This document shows positions 44,161 through 45,145 of a stretch of DNA of 45,145 nucleotides, in pieces. The translations under genes and the position numbers were made by a program. The notes below the pieces were generated by a model, which ran no database searches, was not told the origin of the DNA, and worked only from the letters and a program-made list of their open reading frames with translations. The stretch covers positions 1 through 45,145 of the forward strand of contig JAIRQZ010000017.1 of the NCBI GenBank assembly GCA_031256235.1, in the 5' to 3' direction. Numbering within the stretch: position 1 is the first letter of the stretch; the number at the start of each line of letters is the position of its first letter. The DNA comes from Christensenellaceae bacterium. GTDB taxonomy: Bacteria > Bacillota > Clostridia > Christensenellales > UBA1242.

Positions 44161-45032
44161 CAAACACCGACGTCCTTATCCTGGGCGCGGGCCCCGCAGG
44201 TTTAACGGCAGGCCTGTACGCCGTACGCGCGGGCGCCAAGACCGTAATAATCGAAAGCCTTGCCCCAGGTGGCTCGGTGAATTTGACCCCCGACATCGAA
44301 AACTTTCCTGGCTTTATTAAAATAGGTGGAGCAGAACTAGGCACAAAAATGCTCGAACAAACCGAGTCCGCAGGTGCCCGGGTCGTATACGACGAAGTCG
44401 AAGACATTGACTTCGACAAACGCACGGTCAAAACCGCCGAGGCCACATACAAATACAATTCACTGATTATTGCAACAGGCGTGTCCCCTCGAAAGTTGGG
44501 CCTTGGAAACGAAGAAGACTTCATCGGCAACGGCATCCACTTTTGTGGCCTCTGCGACGGCCAATTTTACCGCGGAAAGGACATAGTCGTCGTCGGCGGT
44601 GGCAATCACGCAGTCGAAGAAGTGATATACCTGTCCGCAATCGCAAAATCGGTGACAATCATCAATAACACCGACAAGTTCATCGCCCAAGAAGTCCTCG
44701 TAAACAAAATCCCCGCAAAAGCCAAAGTTTACCACAGCGCCACGGTCACAGAAATCATCGCCGACAAAAAAATCACAGGTGTAAAACTAAAAGACGGCAC
44801 CAAAATCGCCTGCGACGGAATTTTCGTGGCAATAGGCCGTGTTCCCAATACAAACCTCTTTAAAGACAAGTTGGACTTGTCACGCGACGGCTACCTGGTT
44901 GTCAACAACGAAATGCGCACATCAAATGCAAGCGTATTCGCCGCGGGCGACGTAGTTCAAAAACAAATACGCCAGGTCATCACCGCCTGCGCCGACGGAG
45001 CAATCGCTGCCACCTTCGCAACCCGAAAATAA
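44157..45032 (+). CDS. trxB: Thioredoxin reductase-like flavoprotein
   Basis: GAGPAG, IENFPG, IIATG, CGLCDG, VVGGGN, GIFVAIG..PN, FAAGDV and RQVITACADGA. Confidence 0.9.
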   Translation: MTNTDVLILGAGPAGLTAGLYAVRAGAKTVIIESLAPGGSVNLTPDIENFPGFIKIGGAELGTKMLEQTESAGARVVYDEVEDIDFDKRTVKTAEATYKYNSLIIATGVSPRKLGLGNEEDFIGNGIHFCGLCDGQFYRGKDIVVVGGGNHAVEEVIYLSAIAKSVTIINNTDKFIAQEVLVNKIPAKAKVYHSATVTEIIADKKITGVKLKDGTKIACDGIFVAIGRVPNTNLFKDKLDLSRDGYLVVNNEMRTSNASVFAAGDVVQKQIRQVITACADGAIAATFATRK

Positions 45033-45033
45033 C

Positions 45034-45144
45034 TCAATCGTTGAATATCTCGGTGGCCCATTCGGAACGAATCGGGTCAAATTTGAACTTTTCGCCAGGG
45101 TCAAGTTTCGGATTATCGGTATCCAAGTTAAACCAAGTCCCCGT
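45034..45144 (-). CDS. Probable C-terminal fragment of a gene entering from the right edge
   Basis: Open frame TGTWFNLDTDNPKLDPGEKFKFDPIRSEWATEIFND* ending 1 nt from the trxB stop. Confidence 0.5.
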   Translation of the reverse strand, partial: TGTWFNLDTDNPKLDPGEKFKFDPIRSEWATEIFND

Positions 45145-45145
45145 C

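Noticed and set aside
189-45104. Numerous antisense or nested ORFs in the track (e.g. 3241-4245+, 13782-14546+, 16401-17069-, 30885-31538-)
   Set aside because: They are shadows of well-supported genes and show no recognisable motifs or initiation signals
1-45145. CRISPR array, tRNA/rRNA, transposase, integrase or prophage
   Set aside because: No regularly spaced repeats, recognisable structural RNA or mobile-element protein motifs seen; the amidase and SleC fit sporulation rather than phage lysis

Overview
Gene-dense chromosomal window from a spore-forming, low-GC Gram-positive bacterium; sleC, spoVB, DUF421/DUF4363 and the V/A-ATPase point to a clostridial lineage, which is an inference. 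It holds a complete but size-reduced V/A-type ATPase operon (G-I-K-E-C-F-A-B-D) with a DHH phosphoesterase inserted between A and B. Other genes: a P-type Ca2+ ATPase, a broken pnuC, head-to-head rpmF/plsX, sporulation and cell-wall genes, an LTA-synthase-like sulfatase, uvrA, a CofE-like ligase, a degenerate Ppx/GppA and an atypical TrxB. One operon runs from a 1761-aa surface protein through two tail-anchored winged-helix-like proteins to a HAD hydrolase and uvrB; a second cluster encodes a four-repeat CBM-like surface protein. No rRNA, tRNA, CRISPR array or mobile element was recognised. The strongest cross-window signal is that most first-in-operon genes have a -35/-10 promoter ending 5-9 nt before the start codon with no Shine-Dalgarno, suggesting leaderless mRNAs for both sigma-A-like and sporulation-sigma-like promoters. 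That pattern exposed two small genes not called as such in the ORF track. All calls are by eye; no database searches were run.
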